In this document: positions 13,165 through 25,786 of the stretch, piece after piece | Layout of the letters: each line of letters starts with the position of its first letter | Numbering within the stretch: the stretch's first letter is position 1 | From: Yuukianura sp. NJ FZ-2021 | Lineage: Eukaryota | DNA: 64,000 nucleotides | Assembly: GCA_046563655.1 (NCBI GenBank) | Contig: CM102284.1 | Span: 2,666,001 to 2,730,000 of the forward strand | Direction of reading: 5' to 3' | Position numbers and translations under genes: made by a program | Notes under the pieces: model-generated | The model's database searches: none | Told to the model about the DNA's origin: nothing | Seen by the model: only the letters and a program-made list of their open reading frames with translations

Positions 13165-16100
13165 ATGAAGGAAGTAGAAAAGCTACCAATTCCAGTTAGT
13201 CAAATTAAGAAAGAAACCGAAGACATGGACCAGCATGGTACACCACCGCCTCCGTCATCTCCTTCCCGTTCTAGGTCAAGTTCAGGTCAGAGAAGTGAAA
13301 AGCGCCGAAGGACGGAAAATACCAATCACAACAATGTAGAAACTGCAGTAGCAGTAGGAAATGATAGCTCAACTACACAAGGTACATTTTTTAACTTTCG
13401 TTATAATAAAAAAAAATCAAAACAAAAACGACGTCATTACGTCTGAATCAGAAAATGAATTCTGAAAACGGCATTTTATCTCAAGTCAGCTTTTAGATTT
13501 CTTTTAGAAGCTTTCTTTTAGAGCCGAATAAGATTTCGAGAGGGTCGAGTCGAGACTTCTTGAAGTCTTATTCTTCACTGTAAGATGTGAACATTTTTTT
13601 TTGAAGTTTGAAACTGGACCCAAAAAATCTTTCAGATCCAGAAAACAAACTTTTCCGATGTTTTTTTCAGTTTCACTACATGTTAAGCCATTTCCAGTCG
13701 TTTCTCGTAAAAGGAAATTATGGGAAGGGTTCCCATGAGTGGGACTTGGGGTTTAAGACTTTGACTTTTTGAACTTTTCGGAAATGAATGTAAAGGGAAA
13801 GGAACCCTTCTGTTTTAAATGTGGTCGTGTAATAAACGACCATTTTGACTCGTAAGGCATGATAATGCGACCATGGGTTGAGGTCAAAGGTTAAGTTGAA
13901 GGCTTTCATCTTGAGAATTGGTTGGATGAAAAGTCAGAAATCCTAATACTATTCAGCGAATAGGACTGCTGACGGGGTGTGGGACTTCACTCCAACAATA
14001 ATGCAAAGCATTCATAAAAATGTGAAAACACCGTTCGCAGGAATCGATTTGACAAATTCTGATCAGTTTCATTCGTACGCAGGAGATCCACATCAGAGCA
14101 ACGACTGTAACGTACCGATGTCGTCAACTACTGGTGCAGGCGACATAAATAATCAAAGTGGCAGATCTCGTTCCCGTACCCGCAGTAGAGACAGAACCCC
14201 TCAGGCAGTTTCGTCTCCACGTCCAGTACAAATCATTTCGTTTGAGGATGACGGTCAGTCAGGATCAAGCAAAATGCGTTTGGATCTACAAGTACTAAAA
14301 CCGATTTTGGAAAAAGGAGGAGACCGACCTGCCGTGATTATTTCCATCGTCGGCCAAATTCGAAGAGGGAAGTCCTTGTTTTTGAATTTCATTCTACACC
14401 ACCTTGTTGCACAGGTTAGTTTAATGTATAAATTATTTAAAAAACAATTCTTGATTATACAAAGTGTTTTTAATTGTTACAATGATTATTAATAGGAAAA
14501 AGGCACGAATCCGGAAGAAATATGGAAGGAGGGAAACGGAATTCCTGTAGGATTTGAATGGGGGAGAGGATTCGGAACGTCGGGAATTTATCTTTGGAGT
14601 CAACCAATAATACTTCGATTAGGTGATGAAGAATGTGCAATATTTCTCATGGATACTGCAGGTAATAGTTGATTTATTTTACTATTTATATATATATATA
14701 TATATTTATTATTACTACTTATTATGTGTTAATCAGGATTTATATTTTCAGGGCTTATGTTTAGTAAGATATCTGAATTTATGTGGACCCTGGGGCTTTC
14801 AACATTGTTGTCGTCGTGCCTCATTTTCAATCAAGATGTTGAGAGGGGAGGAGGACTCAACGAAGATTACTTTTTGCTCTTTTCGGATCAAGTCCAAGTA
14901 GTATTGAAAAGTACGAAATTGCAAACTCTACTATTTCTTATGCGAGATTGTTCGAGCATTTCAAATCTATTGGGCAAAATTGATCCCCAGCCTTTTCTTC
15001 ATCAACAATTTAATTTGGATGCCGTTCAAGAACCAAATTCAAGTTCAGCGCCTACGCGCCGCCCGAGCGGGAATAGAAATTCCAGTCGCATTAAGACAGC
15101 TATAGACTCATTATCCACTGCTTTTGAACGCAGTGAATGCTATTGCCTTCCATTTCCGTTCGTCTCTACCAACTGTAGAGGCGCAGAATCTGAAATGACC
15201 TCAACATTTATTTCAATAATGAAATCAACTTTGGGCAACATGTTGAGTACAGAAAATCTGAAGCCGAAAAAATTAGGTAGTTCAGCAGTTACTTCGGCTT
15301 CGTTGGCCGGAATTTTTGAATTGCTTGTGCAGCTTTTTAATAACGCTGGATCCAGTTTTCCTCAAAACCCACACATCCAAGAATGTCTAAAGGAAATCGA
15401 AGATGGAATTTTTATACAAGAGCAACTAAAGCTCTATCAGCAGAAGCTGAATGCTTACATCCAAAATTCCCGATATGGATTCACAAGCCGAGAGCAGCAT
15501 AATGCTCATCACTTAAAACTTCGAAACGAAATTCTAGAAACCACAAAATTACATTCTTTCGCCCACCCAACCACGAGTTACAACCTAGTTCAACATTTAA
15601 TTGATGACAAGTACAAAATTTCAAAGGCAGAGAATGACAAGACTGTGAGAGCCGCATATACTCAAGGATTCTGGGATCACTTCGATACCAGCATGGAAGA
15701 ATGGGAGAAACTTATTCGAGAAGCCATTACACAATGGAAGATTGACGACGATGCAGCAAAAAATATTGAAGCTATTTGTTTAGAAAACTTCAAGAAGAAG
15801 TTTACAGCAAATGCTCAGCAGTTAGCCGAAAGGTTATCAACCGCCCTCTTAGAGAAGATTCAACGGAGATACGAATTGCTCAAAGCAGTGCAGCATGAAT
15901 CAAGAACTCAAGTGTTGAACTCAAGTAGTACAACCTGCGAAAACTGCAAAATTGCTAATCACAAGGCTGAAGTCCTCAACAACTTTCATAGGGAAATGCT
16001 TAGAAGTTTGCCCATTGGGCAGTTTGTCATGCCAGAACAATACGTCAAAATTCGGGAATCCATTGTATGTAACCTCCCCACTCAACCCCACAAACTGGAA

Positions 16101-17356
16101 CTCAGTGACTTCCTGCCAGCTTTCAAAGTGGAACAGGAACGGAACGCCAGAAATGCACCAGTTCTTGGATTTTTTGTTGACGGAACGAGTTTAGAATCAC
16201 TTTGTTTAAAGTTTTGCACATTTTATGCCAATGGGGAAATTGCAACGGTTGATCCAACCTACGAGGAGGAGCTACCTTTCGTTGGACGGCTAGAACGAAT
16301 TCGTCAAATATTTGAGGACGCCTTGGACTGTGCGTTGACCCAAGCCATTGTAGTGACATCGTCAAAGTTGAAATTATCTACTACAGACACTGTTGCTTTG
16401 GAAACTAAGCTAATCCAATCTGGCTTCAAACTTGTCTACTTTGCAGATGAATATTCAGCACTAATGCTGACTTGCATTACGACTAAGTTTAAATTAGTTG
16501 AAAATCGAATCTTGACGGCAATACTTGTTCTTGACAACGGTGACGGTACAGTGGATGTTCAGTCATTTAGAGCATCTGAGTCAGCGATTGAGGTGGGAAA
16601 GGAAGGTATGACTGGACTCAGGATTGGAACGGAGGAGGAGGCACGTGAAAGCATGGACCGTATTAAGCGACTTGCAAATCGATGGCTAGAAAATGACAAG
16701 CGACCGTTCCTATTAGTCGTACGACACTCCTGTGAGGGACATGGGGAATCACAGGTAGGTATAAATGCTTTGCATTTAAGTTTTCTCAAGCAGGTCAAGT
16801 CAAGCAAATGTCATATGTCGAATTGCATTGCTGACTCTTTCTAACTAGGGCGCCAAAAGCAGAAAATTTCGAACCAACACTTTCTTCACAGACATCCACA
16901 AAACTTTACACATTGCCGACTTTTCTTCCATGGAAAAATCCAAGGTAATTTTACGGAATAATTTCACTTTTATTATATATATTTTTTGTTAGTGGTATAT
17001 TGCGTATTTTGAACCGTATTTTCCTTGTTTTATCACATTGAATTCAATTGCAGATTAACGTAGGCGTAGCAGCCTTTGGTGAACTGATGCGGCGCAGGCA
17101 AGCAGGTACATTTTCATTGCAAGTACGACGACAACAAAAAAATGACGAATGTGGAAATCAAACTGACGAGTCTGTTCCGGCTGCTGCGAGTTCAAATAAT
17201 TCCAGCCTTCCAGTTCAAATCGAACCGCCCTTGGGAAGCGGAAGAGGTGAACCAGCGGTAGCTTCACACAATGGACCAGTTCCTTTGCTTTCATTGAGAA
17301 TTGAAATACCAGAAAAATTGAAATCCTCGGGAGATGACAAAAACAAAAGAACATAA
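13165..17356 (+). CDS. Atlastin/GBP-family large GTPase fused to a degenerate HSP70-like nucleotide-binding domain
   Basis: Exons ~13165-13381, ~14041/14083-14414, 14496-14661, 14752-16754, ~16849-16944, 17054-17356. G1 GQIRRGKS, GFEW..TSGIYLWS, G3 LMDTAG, LSTLLSS..IFN, G4 LFLMRD, helical middle region, then VLGFFVDGT / FADEYSAL / LVLDNGDGTVDV / VGVAAFG. Confidence 0.8.
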
Positions 17357-17946
17357 CACAACATAAGATAAATCCAGCATGTATATAACTGGAAAAAATC
17401 AAATCCAAATCAATATTTTTTTAAAAAAAATTTTAGGCCTTAAGTCAAAGGTTGAACATGGTTTTTCTGGAGAGAATTACATTGTTTGTTCTTTTGCCAG
17501 TGTGTGCACCACGGTACACAAAATTTTGCACTATACGTTGACAGTTTTTTATCTATAAAGCCTGCATGCAAATCTGTTCATAACGCACCACTTTGCTTGT
17601 ACTAATTTTGAAAACAAAAAATACGAAAGTTGCAAATACCAAAACAGTTCAACTTTTTATTAATTGTGTAGGACAGTCCTGATGAGAAAATTGATTTCTG
17701 TCAGTCAAAATTGAAATAAACTTGTTAAAAAACCCAAACGTGACTTCGACGTTTTAGTGCATTTAAATTTTTGAAAGTTTTTAACCTAAACAAATAGAAT
17801 TCTCTACATATTTTTTATAACTATACAAGCTACAACCTGCGGATTTGTTAAACTCAACTAAAAAAAAGACTCTTGATTGCCGTACAAATGTATGTGTAGG
17901 CCAAACGTTAAATTCGGCAAGCGAAAATTCATACGTTTTAAAGTTT

Positions 17947-19554
17947 TTAGTTTGTCGACAGAAGACAAAAGGCTATTCCACGCGCAATGTTGTCCAACAA
18001 AGTTAGTTTTGCTTCCTGAAATTTTAAAATTCAAATTTAACTTACGCTATTTAACTGCAACGGCTAAAAAGACGCTAATGCAAGATAAAGAATATTAGCG
18101 AGTTTTTACCCCCTCCATGTGATAAAAGTTTCCAATAGTACACTTGAGTATTGGAATTGATCGTAAAGTTTGTTCGGTCCACAAATTTTTTTCCGTTTGG
18201 TCCGATGTTTGTCCTCGTTCGTTGATACTTTGACGAAATTTTGACGAAATGCTAAAAACTCTCGACATAAGAAGAGCTCCCGCAGCTATCATAAGAATAG
18301 CTGTAACTACATAGGATAGAAATATTGCACGAATTGCAATATGTAGCGAATGACGCAAGCGTACAAGAGAAAAAATCACAATGAAGACAACCAGAATAAC
18401 CGCTGTTTTGAATACCGGCAAAATCAGTTTTCCAAAAACTGTGTTGTGCAGTTGGTTGAAAAGTTGCATCGAGCGGTAGATGTGAAAACAGTTGCGGACG
18501 CATTGTTCCTTAACACTGATACAAAGCAATTAGAAATATTTTATTTATAGTATATAAATATTATAATTGCTTTATAAACCTCCAGGTCGATTTTCAATTA
18601 ACTCGAGATTTGTGAGTTGACCTGAACAAAATCTCAAAAATGTGTGTCAAAGGTTTCATACCATGCTTGGCACATCCAATCCATGAGTGTGAGGACAGAT
18701 GGAATGAAAGTGGCAATAAACAACATCCCGTCACAGCACAATATATTAGTATAAACGACGCCCAACACAATGAGAGCAGCACGCACCCAAGTACTGGTAA
18801 AGATAGTGCAGCAGATAATCGTCATTTGGATAGCTGAACCAACAATGCAAAATCCAGAAGCGGCAACTAATCCAAGGTAAATGTTTCCACGAGTTCTGCG
18901 TGGAAACTCATCTTTTGGCAGTTCACCTCCTACAGCTTGTTCTAAAAAAATTGTATTTATTTAAAAAGATATATGCTGGAATTCATACATTATTTCAAGT
19001 ATATCACTTCAAGCATGCCGTAATTGTTTTAAATGTTCATACTCGGTTGGCAGGAGAGGTCAAGTTGTAAAAGCAAATCCGAAGGCATATAATTATAAAT
19101 AAGGTATACATAAAGTGTAACTCGATATAAAAGTGTGAGGTAACAAAGGTTGGAATTTCGGTTTACAAGATATCTAATATTGTTTTCTATATAAAAATGT
19201 TTTACCTAGGACATCGCCGATGGAAATGATGTTGTTTGCCAAACAAGCCCATTCGTTTCTGTAGGTCATAAGTGTGAGGCGCAACGCAACACCAGCCAAG
19301 TTTGCGAGTGCCAAAAAAGATACGACTACTTTGACATTAATTGGATCCGTTGCGAACAAACGCATGCAGTACTACATCAAAATACTTCCGACATAGAGAA
19401 GGAGTGACATTGGACCAACGAATCGCCCTACTCCGTTTGTTTTTGTAGTTTGAACAACAGAAGACCCTCCCTTTAGCTCAATTTCAACTAAATTGAATTT
19501 AGAAATAAAAATTAAAACTTTTTTGAACATGGCCACTTCATATGTATTTAACAT
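17947..19554 (-). CDS. Divergent 7TM chemoreceptor-like protein, copy 4
   Basis: Four exons (~19554-19206, ~18941-18662, ~18515-18110, ~18015-17947); C-terminus PILKCTIGNFYHMEGEAKLTLLDNIARGIAFCLLSTN. Confidence 0.7.
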
Positions 19555-21080
19555 TTTGAATATTATTTCTGATTGAAACCGTATGAAGAAGAATAGGCAA
19601 CTAACCAGCTTATGACGTTTTACTTATGCTTTTATGGAATAATAAGTTCAAACTATTTTTATTTTTTTAAGAAAGCGGTGTTTTTGTGTATGAGAAAATT
19701 ATATTCTTTATTTTTCGGGGGGAATTTAAAACGGACTTCCTTGGAAGGCATAATGTTGTTTTAAACATTTTCCGATTTTTTTAAAGTACATTTAATTATA
19801 TTTAATTATAAAAGAAATAGGATTTATCATTATCACGGTGAAAATTTCGTAATGGTAGGAACGCAATTGTATTGTGCATACTTTGAAGTACTTGAATAAT
19901 ATTATGTCCCATTAAATGGATTTATGTAATTGTTGGTCTAGGGTAATATTTCACCACACTTTTTGCTAATTCAATAATCAATCCGCAGCTTGCAACTTTT
20001 CCAAACTTTTCAACTTTTCACCACTTTTGATTTTACATTCCCCCCCCCCTCAATTTTCACTTTTTCGAGAAAAATGAGTGGAGCGTTTTCAACATAACCA
20101 CCTTGGAAAGTGAATAGTCCAAATTGAGGATTGTTTTTGCAAAGTGAGAAATAATACATTTTTCGCTAAAAAAAAATGCGAAGTGTGTTTCGCTGCAGTC
20201 TCCTTTACACCAAAACATTATTTATAATCTTTTGCACTTCTCAACTTTTTTTAAAGCAGGTCGAAGCCAACGTAAATAAGCAAAAAGACACTATCGTAAC
20301 AACTATGGACCTGGAAATACAATCCTATGGAAATATCGTAAAGACTCCTGCTTTCCAGTTAGCAGGAAAAGCGGTTTTGAAATTTAAGAATTATTGCAGC
20401 AATCTCTACTTCAACGTTACTTGCAATTTGTAACTTTTTACAAACACATTGTTTCACAGGGGAGTCAAATTCGATTTACGATAAACCATTTTCTCAAACC
20501 GAGAATTCTGCGTATTCAGCCACTTAGCCCGACCATACTTTTGAGGCTGTGCTTGAGGCATACGGAAGCTGTCCTTCTACCCTCATTTTAGACACTTTCG
20601 GAATGAGTTTACAATGGTGGTTTCACTGTAATATGGTAACTAATGTTGCGATGCCTCCTTTCGTTAGGTTTGGTTGAGTAGCTCTACAATTTACCACTCA
20701 AACGTTGCCGAAAACGTGCAACCGCAGTATTACGCAGTGAAAACGCTGCGTGGAAACAATTATGACCGGTAATCCTAATGCCCACCTAAACTCTACATTT
20801 TTTACAACATGCTACAATCCCCACCCCACCCACCCCGCATCTCATCAGGTGAGAAGTTTGTGTAAAATTATGAAGTAAAAAAAAGATAAGTGAAACTTGA
20901 CAGACAAGCTTGGTAACTTACGTGAAGCGATTTTTTTGTTGCTGCGCTAATAAATACTTCTTAGTTCTTAGCAAAACAGATTTGACGGGAAAGATCGTTT
21001 GGCAGGTCACAAGGTCGTTTATAAATTATAACGGTACTATTGGTAAATATCGATCGAACCGAACCATTTCGACATCTAAA

Positions 21081-21531
21081 ATGCCCGTGGACTACATCAC
21101 ATTCGGTTATGCTTCACTTGTTGCTGCTGGAGGAATTATTGGCTACATGAAGGCAGGTAATGGTCAGGTCATTGCACATCTTAACATTTCGCTTTTAAGA
21201 TACGATTTGTAATTCGTAAAACTTTAAGTTAAGTGAATTCGTATCGGATTCCAGTTTTAAGAACAATCTCTTGATTTTAGGGAGTGCCGCGTCCTTGGGT
21301 ATGGGAATTCTTTTCGCATCGGTCATTGCCTATGGAGCCTACCAGACTTCACAGGATCCTGCGAACTACATGATTAGTCTTGGTGCGAGCGCAATTCTAG
21401 CTGGTGTGATGGGAAATCGTTTTTATAATACTGGAAAATTCATGCCAGCGGGATTGGTTGCTACGATGAGTATAGCTATGGTTCTCAGATTCGCCCTTCG
21501 TTCTGTAGCATCAAACGGCAAAACCCAGTAA
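21081..21531 (+). CDS. TMEM14: Transmembrane protein 14 (TMEM14C-like)
   Basis: Exons 21081-21156 and 21281-21531: MPVDYITFGYASLVAAGGIIGYMKAGSAASLGMG...GNRFYNTGKFMPAGLVA. Confidence 0.93.
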
Positions 21532-22157
21532 AAATTCGGTTTTGAAGTTGAAACTTACGACTTGGGTAATTTGTTATTTACACATGATCCTGCTGGAGAT
21601 TTTGGTTTTGTATTGTAATTTTGTGTTATGGATATTCCAAAATAAGGAGTGAACGAAAGTATTAACTAGTAAAAGTTGTAGAAAGTACAATTCAGAGCAT
21701 TTATTCCATAGGCGTCCGAAAGCCAATTATAATTATATTATTGCAGTTTCAGCCTGACGTTTTTGTACTGGCTGCGAGAAATTTTCCCAACGTTTCTCAT
21801 TTCGTTGAAGACGTTGCGTTGAGGGAAGCGTTGTTACGAAAACTGCATACTATTTTCTTGCTTAGATGCGACAGCGGCTAACCTAATTGGTGTGGAGATT
21901 GGGGTTAACTTCAGTCGAAGTCTTTAGTTACCGCTCACCGACAAAATTTTTGCAAAACACAAAACAAGGCAATGGCGTAGAGGTACCTAGTTGCGTGAAT
22001 TAGTCCCACGCGGCATTATCATTTCGGCCTTGTCTGGAAATTAGTCATCTCATTCTACAACCTAAATCAAATGTAAACAAACGCGCTGCTACTGCTTGTT
22101 GAAGATTAATCAACCGGAATCCGAAGCAGCAAAAGGGTTAATCTTGAGAATTCCAAT

Positions 22158-24211
22158 ATGTTTCGTCTATTCAAGATACTGCGGAATAACTGGAAGAAGA
22201 CAATATTTTTCGGGATCGTTGGTTATGTGGGAACAGACAAATTGTCGGAACGATTCAGGTTAGAAGAAGTGAAGTATTAATGTCCATTTATATTTCCTTA
22301 TTTCGAGTCGATGTTTTCGACTTTCCTATCTAACTTGTCTTTCGTATTCCAATTTAGAATAAATGAATTTATGAGGGAACTGGCCAAAGAAGCGGAATCT
22401 TATGGCAAGGGACCGCTGCCTGCTGGAGCCAGGCCAAAACACATCACAGTACTGCTGAATCCGGCTTCCGGAAATCGGTAACACGAGTTGTATCAACTTT
22501 GTCTTGGAAGCAACAGCAACCGGTTGGATTCTTTCTTTTTCGTAAAATGGGGTAGGCAGCTTCCAGTGCATTTAACAGCATCGGTTATGCCGCTAGCCAG
22601 AGCACGCGATTAAAATGCGTTAGGACGAAAATGATACGATCCAACCGGGAGGTTGCTAATCCTACGTACAAAATGTTCAAGTATTTTACAAGTGTAACCT
22701 TCTGTTGTGTTTGTCTTTTGCAGTAAAGGGCAGAAAATGTTTGAATATGCAGAACCTCTAATTCATCTATCAGGATTTCTTGTAAATGTCGTGAAAACGG
22801 AGAAGATTTCTGAAGCTCGGGAGCTGGTGGAACTAGTGGAGAAGACAAATATAATTGCAGTTGCGGGCGGTGATGGAACACTGATGGAGGTAAACCCTGC
22901 CGTTCTCGAATAGTAGTAAAACAATAATTAGAAATCGGTTATAGGAATATCTATTTCCCAGTAGGTTTGAGAGAGGCAGAAGTTGATTTTAATCACTACA
23001 ACAATGTTTTAGTACATGTAGATGCATGTTGTAGTACAACATGTGCCGTATAACGTAAACGTTATAATCCAAATCTGAAACAGTTTGTTTTTGTTTATGA
23101 CGATAAGGTTGTAACTGGTTTGCTTCGGCGAGACGATGCTGATGACGTCGTTCGTAGATTTCCTATTGGTGTGATCCCTGTTGGCAGACAGAATTCAGTT
23201 GCTACCGCAGTGCTTAACTACGATTCAAGATTTCAGAAAGATAGCATCGCTCAAGCAGCAATGGGTATCAGTCGCCACAACACAAAGTCCCAAGATGTTA
23301 TCAAAGTCGAACTCATCCATCCCGCAAAGGTAAGAAATTATTGTAAAGTCATTAGATTAGTTAAATATATCCCTTACCCTAGTTTTAAATCTGGTTCGCG
23401 GTATAATTCAATTTCATGTTCATTTATTCCAAACGCAGCAGATTCCCGATGAAGATGCGCTGGAATCGAGACAAACACAGGAGCCAGTTGATCCTAATCA
23501 GACGGAGTTGGAAGAAAATACTCAGAAGAAACCATACTACATTATGAATGGTTTTAAACTGGGTGATTTCTGTGAGGCCGAACGAAGAGAGTCTGAAATG
23601 CCGAGTTTCCTGCACGCCGGATTTTCACACCTCTGGAGCCTTCTCCGAACTTCGAGTGCCAAATCTGAAATGGAAGTACGCTACCTTTCCTACTGTCCTG
23701 GTTGTTCAAACTGTAAATCCTTGTGGGTAAAACCCGAAGAAGAAAATTCCATGTTCGGCAGGGTGAAAATGATCTTCAGGCCTTCCGTTTATGGTAAGCT
23801 ACAAACCCCGCCTCACTTGTCAATCATCGCTCCGGCGGTCTAGAAAGTACTACTATCACATATTCGTTTTTAGCTCAGGAAGATCCCAAGTGGAGCACGG
23901 TTAACCCACAATGTGGCGTTTGGGACTCAATTTCTGTGGATACGATAGAACTAAACGTTGTTGCCAAAGGGAATGGTAAACTGGAAATACAAGTTGGGAA
24001 GGATTTCTCAAAGCCAGAGTTCGTTAGCGAAGGACTGCAGCGACGGTACAAACGAGTTGAAACTTTTAGTAAGCGGATTACCTGCCAAGAAGTGGAAATT
24101 ATTCCAACATCCAAGTCAAATACTTTCTATATGGATAACGAAGACTTTCCCGTTAAACCTATGCGGATGGAGGTGCTGAGGAACAGAGTTAATTTCTTCA
24201 CTATTCGTTGA
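22158..24211 (+). CDS. AGK: Acylglycerol kinase, mitochondrial (6 exons)
   Basis: MFRLFKILRNNWKKTIFFG N-terminus typical of AGK; VLLNPASG, VAGGDGTLMEVVTGLLRR, PIGVIPVG, CPGCSNC, YMDNEDF. Confidence 0.9.
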
Positions 24212-24486
24212 ACGAACGCCGTATTGTAATATGGTACTTGTACTTTAACGTTAATCTTTATGCTTGTGTCGGATTTGCCTTTATAAGAACAAAAAAATTA
24301 CCGGAATTTCCCGTCACGGCCCCGATGAAATAGCTTTTATTATAATCCGAATTTTATGGAAGACATTAACTTCATGCAATATCCTTTTGCATGTATATTT
24401 ACATCTTGGTTTTCCGTTGCGCGCAATGCGCCGACGAACAATAATTGAATAATATCGAAATGGAGTGTCATTTGTTCTTCAATGTT

Positions 24487-25251
24487 TTAAACTATACCAA
24501 ACAGTCCGTTGAGCCCAGTATCTGGCGCTTCATGCTTGATGATGCTCTGAAGTTCTTTAAATTTATGATGATCCGAACCTCCAGCGAGACCTAAAATTGC
24601 ACTTTCCGTGGAAGTTAGCCAGCAGCCAGAATGTTGAAGCAGAACGCCAATGCTCTTTTAAAAACGGGAATATTTAGTCCAATTTTAGCCCTTATTTCAC
24701 TTAACTTAAAGCACAAACGCTGATTCGCCTTACCGTTCTGCCCTTCCACGCGACGAGCAAGCATCCGCAACAATGAATACCTTATAACCATTTGCCAGGA
24801 GATCCAGCGCAGTTTGTTGAACGCAGACGTGAGCTTCAATGCCGCAAATAAGTACCGTATTTAGATGCGTATTAGCCTTGAGCGTCATTAGAACTGGGTC
24901 AATGCACATTGTGAACTTTGTCTTTTCCAATGCCTTGATTCCGTACTCCTCTATTCCCAATTCTGGAACTGTTTTTCCAAGACCTAAAACAACCGCATAA
25001 TTAGTGATGCCATTACCGATAACTAAACTGAAAAAAATTACTGGAACTTAAAATTGTTTACCTTTGGGGTATTGTTCCGTGACAACCACTGGCATATCCA
25101 GCAGTTTAGCTGCTCTTAAGAGTCTATTAGAATTTTGAACGATTTCATCAAAGTGTTTGATCGTTGGTCGGAATTTGACCTGCATGTCGCAGAGAAAGAG
25201 GCAAGAGTTGTTTGTTACCAGTTTACCAATTTTTAACATATTGTTGCTCAT
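24487..25251 (-). CDS. Isochorismatase domain-containing protein (ISOC1/2-like); last exon has an apparent frame anomaly
   Basis: LFLCDMQ.KFRPTI, VTEQYPKGLGKTVPEL, KTKFTM, GIEAHVCVQQTALDL, VADACSSR, TSTES, KFKELQ, APDTGL. Confidence 0.9.
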
Positions 25252-25786
25252 TTTGCCGTTCTTTCAATTTAAAACGAAAAAAATTTCTTTTTGAAGAATT
25301 TGCACCAAGTACACTACACAGTAGTTAAATTGAGGAGTGACAGAAAGTTCCAGGAACTTCTCCAGCATATGACATATGATTACTGAAAATAGGCAGTAAC
25401 TAAACCACAGATAATTCGGATACTATTTTCTCATCTTAAGAAGATGTAGTCAAGCGAAATCTTTTATAACTTTTATCCAAAAATACAATTTATTAGTACT
25501 ACTATATATTATAAAATCTCGAACTTTTACGTTTGACTAGTCCATCTTTTCTTTATAAATTATGCTCAAACTTCCTTATAAATATGAATTCATACCAAAC
25601 ACTTGTGGAGCTTCCACGTCTATACGGAAAATGCGCTTAGATAGTAAAAGTTACGCTAACGCTAGTTGATACTGCGCTGGTTAGCGGTGGAAATTCACGC
25701 TGAACATTTTTTGTAATTTCGACACATTTTTCTATAAATTTTTCCTACTAAATAATAGGTAGCCTACGTTACCGATGGATGAATTT

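Noticed and set aside
20176-20591. Short ORFs with a weak signal-peptide-like start
   Set aside because: No motif and no convincing splice model
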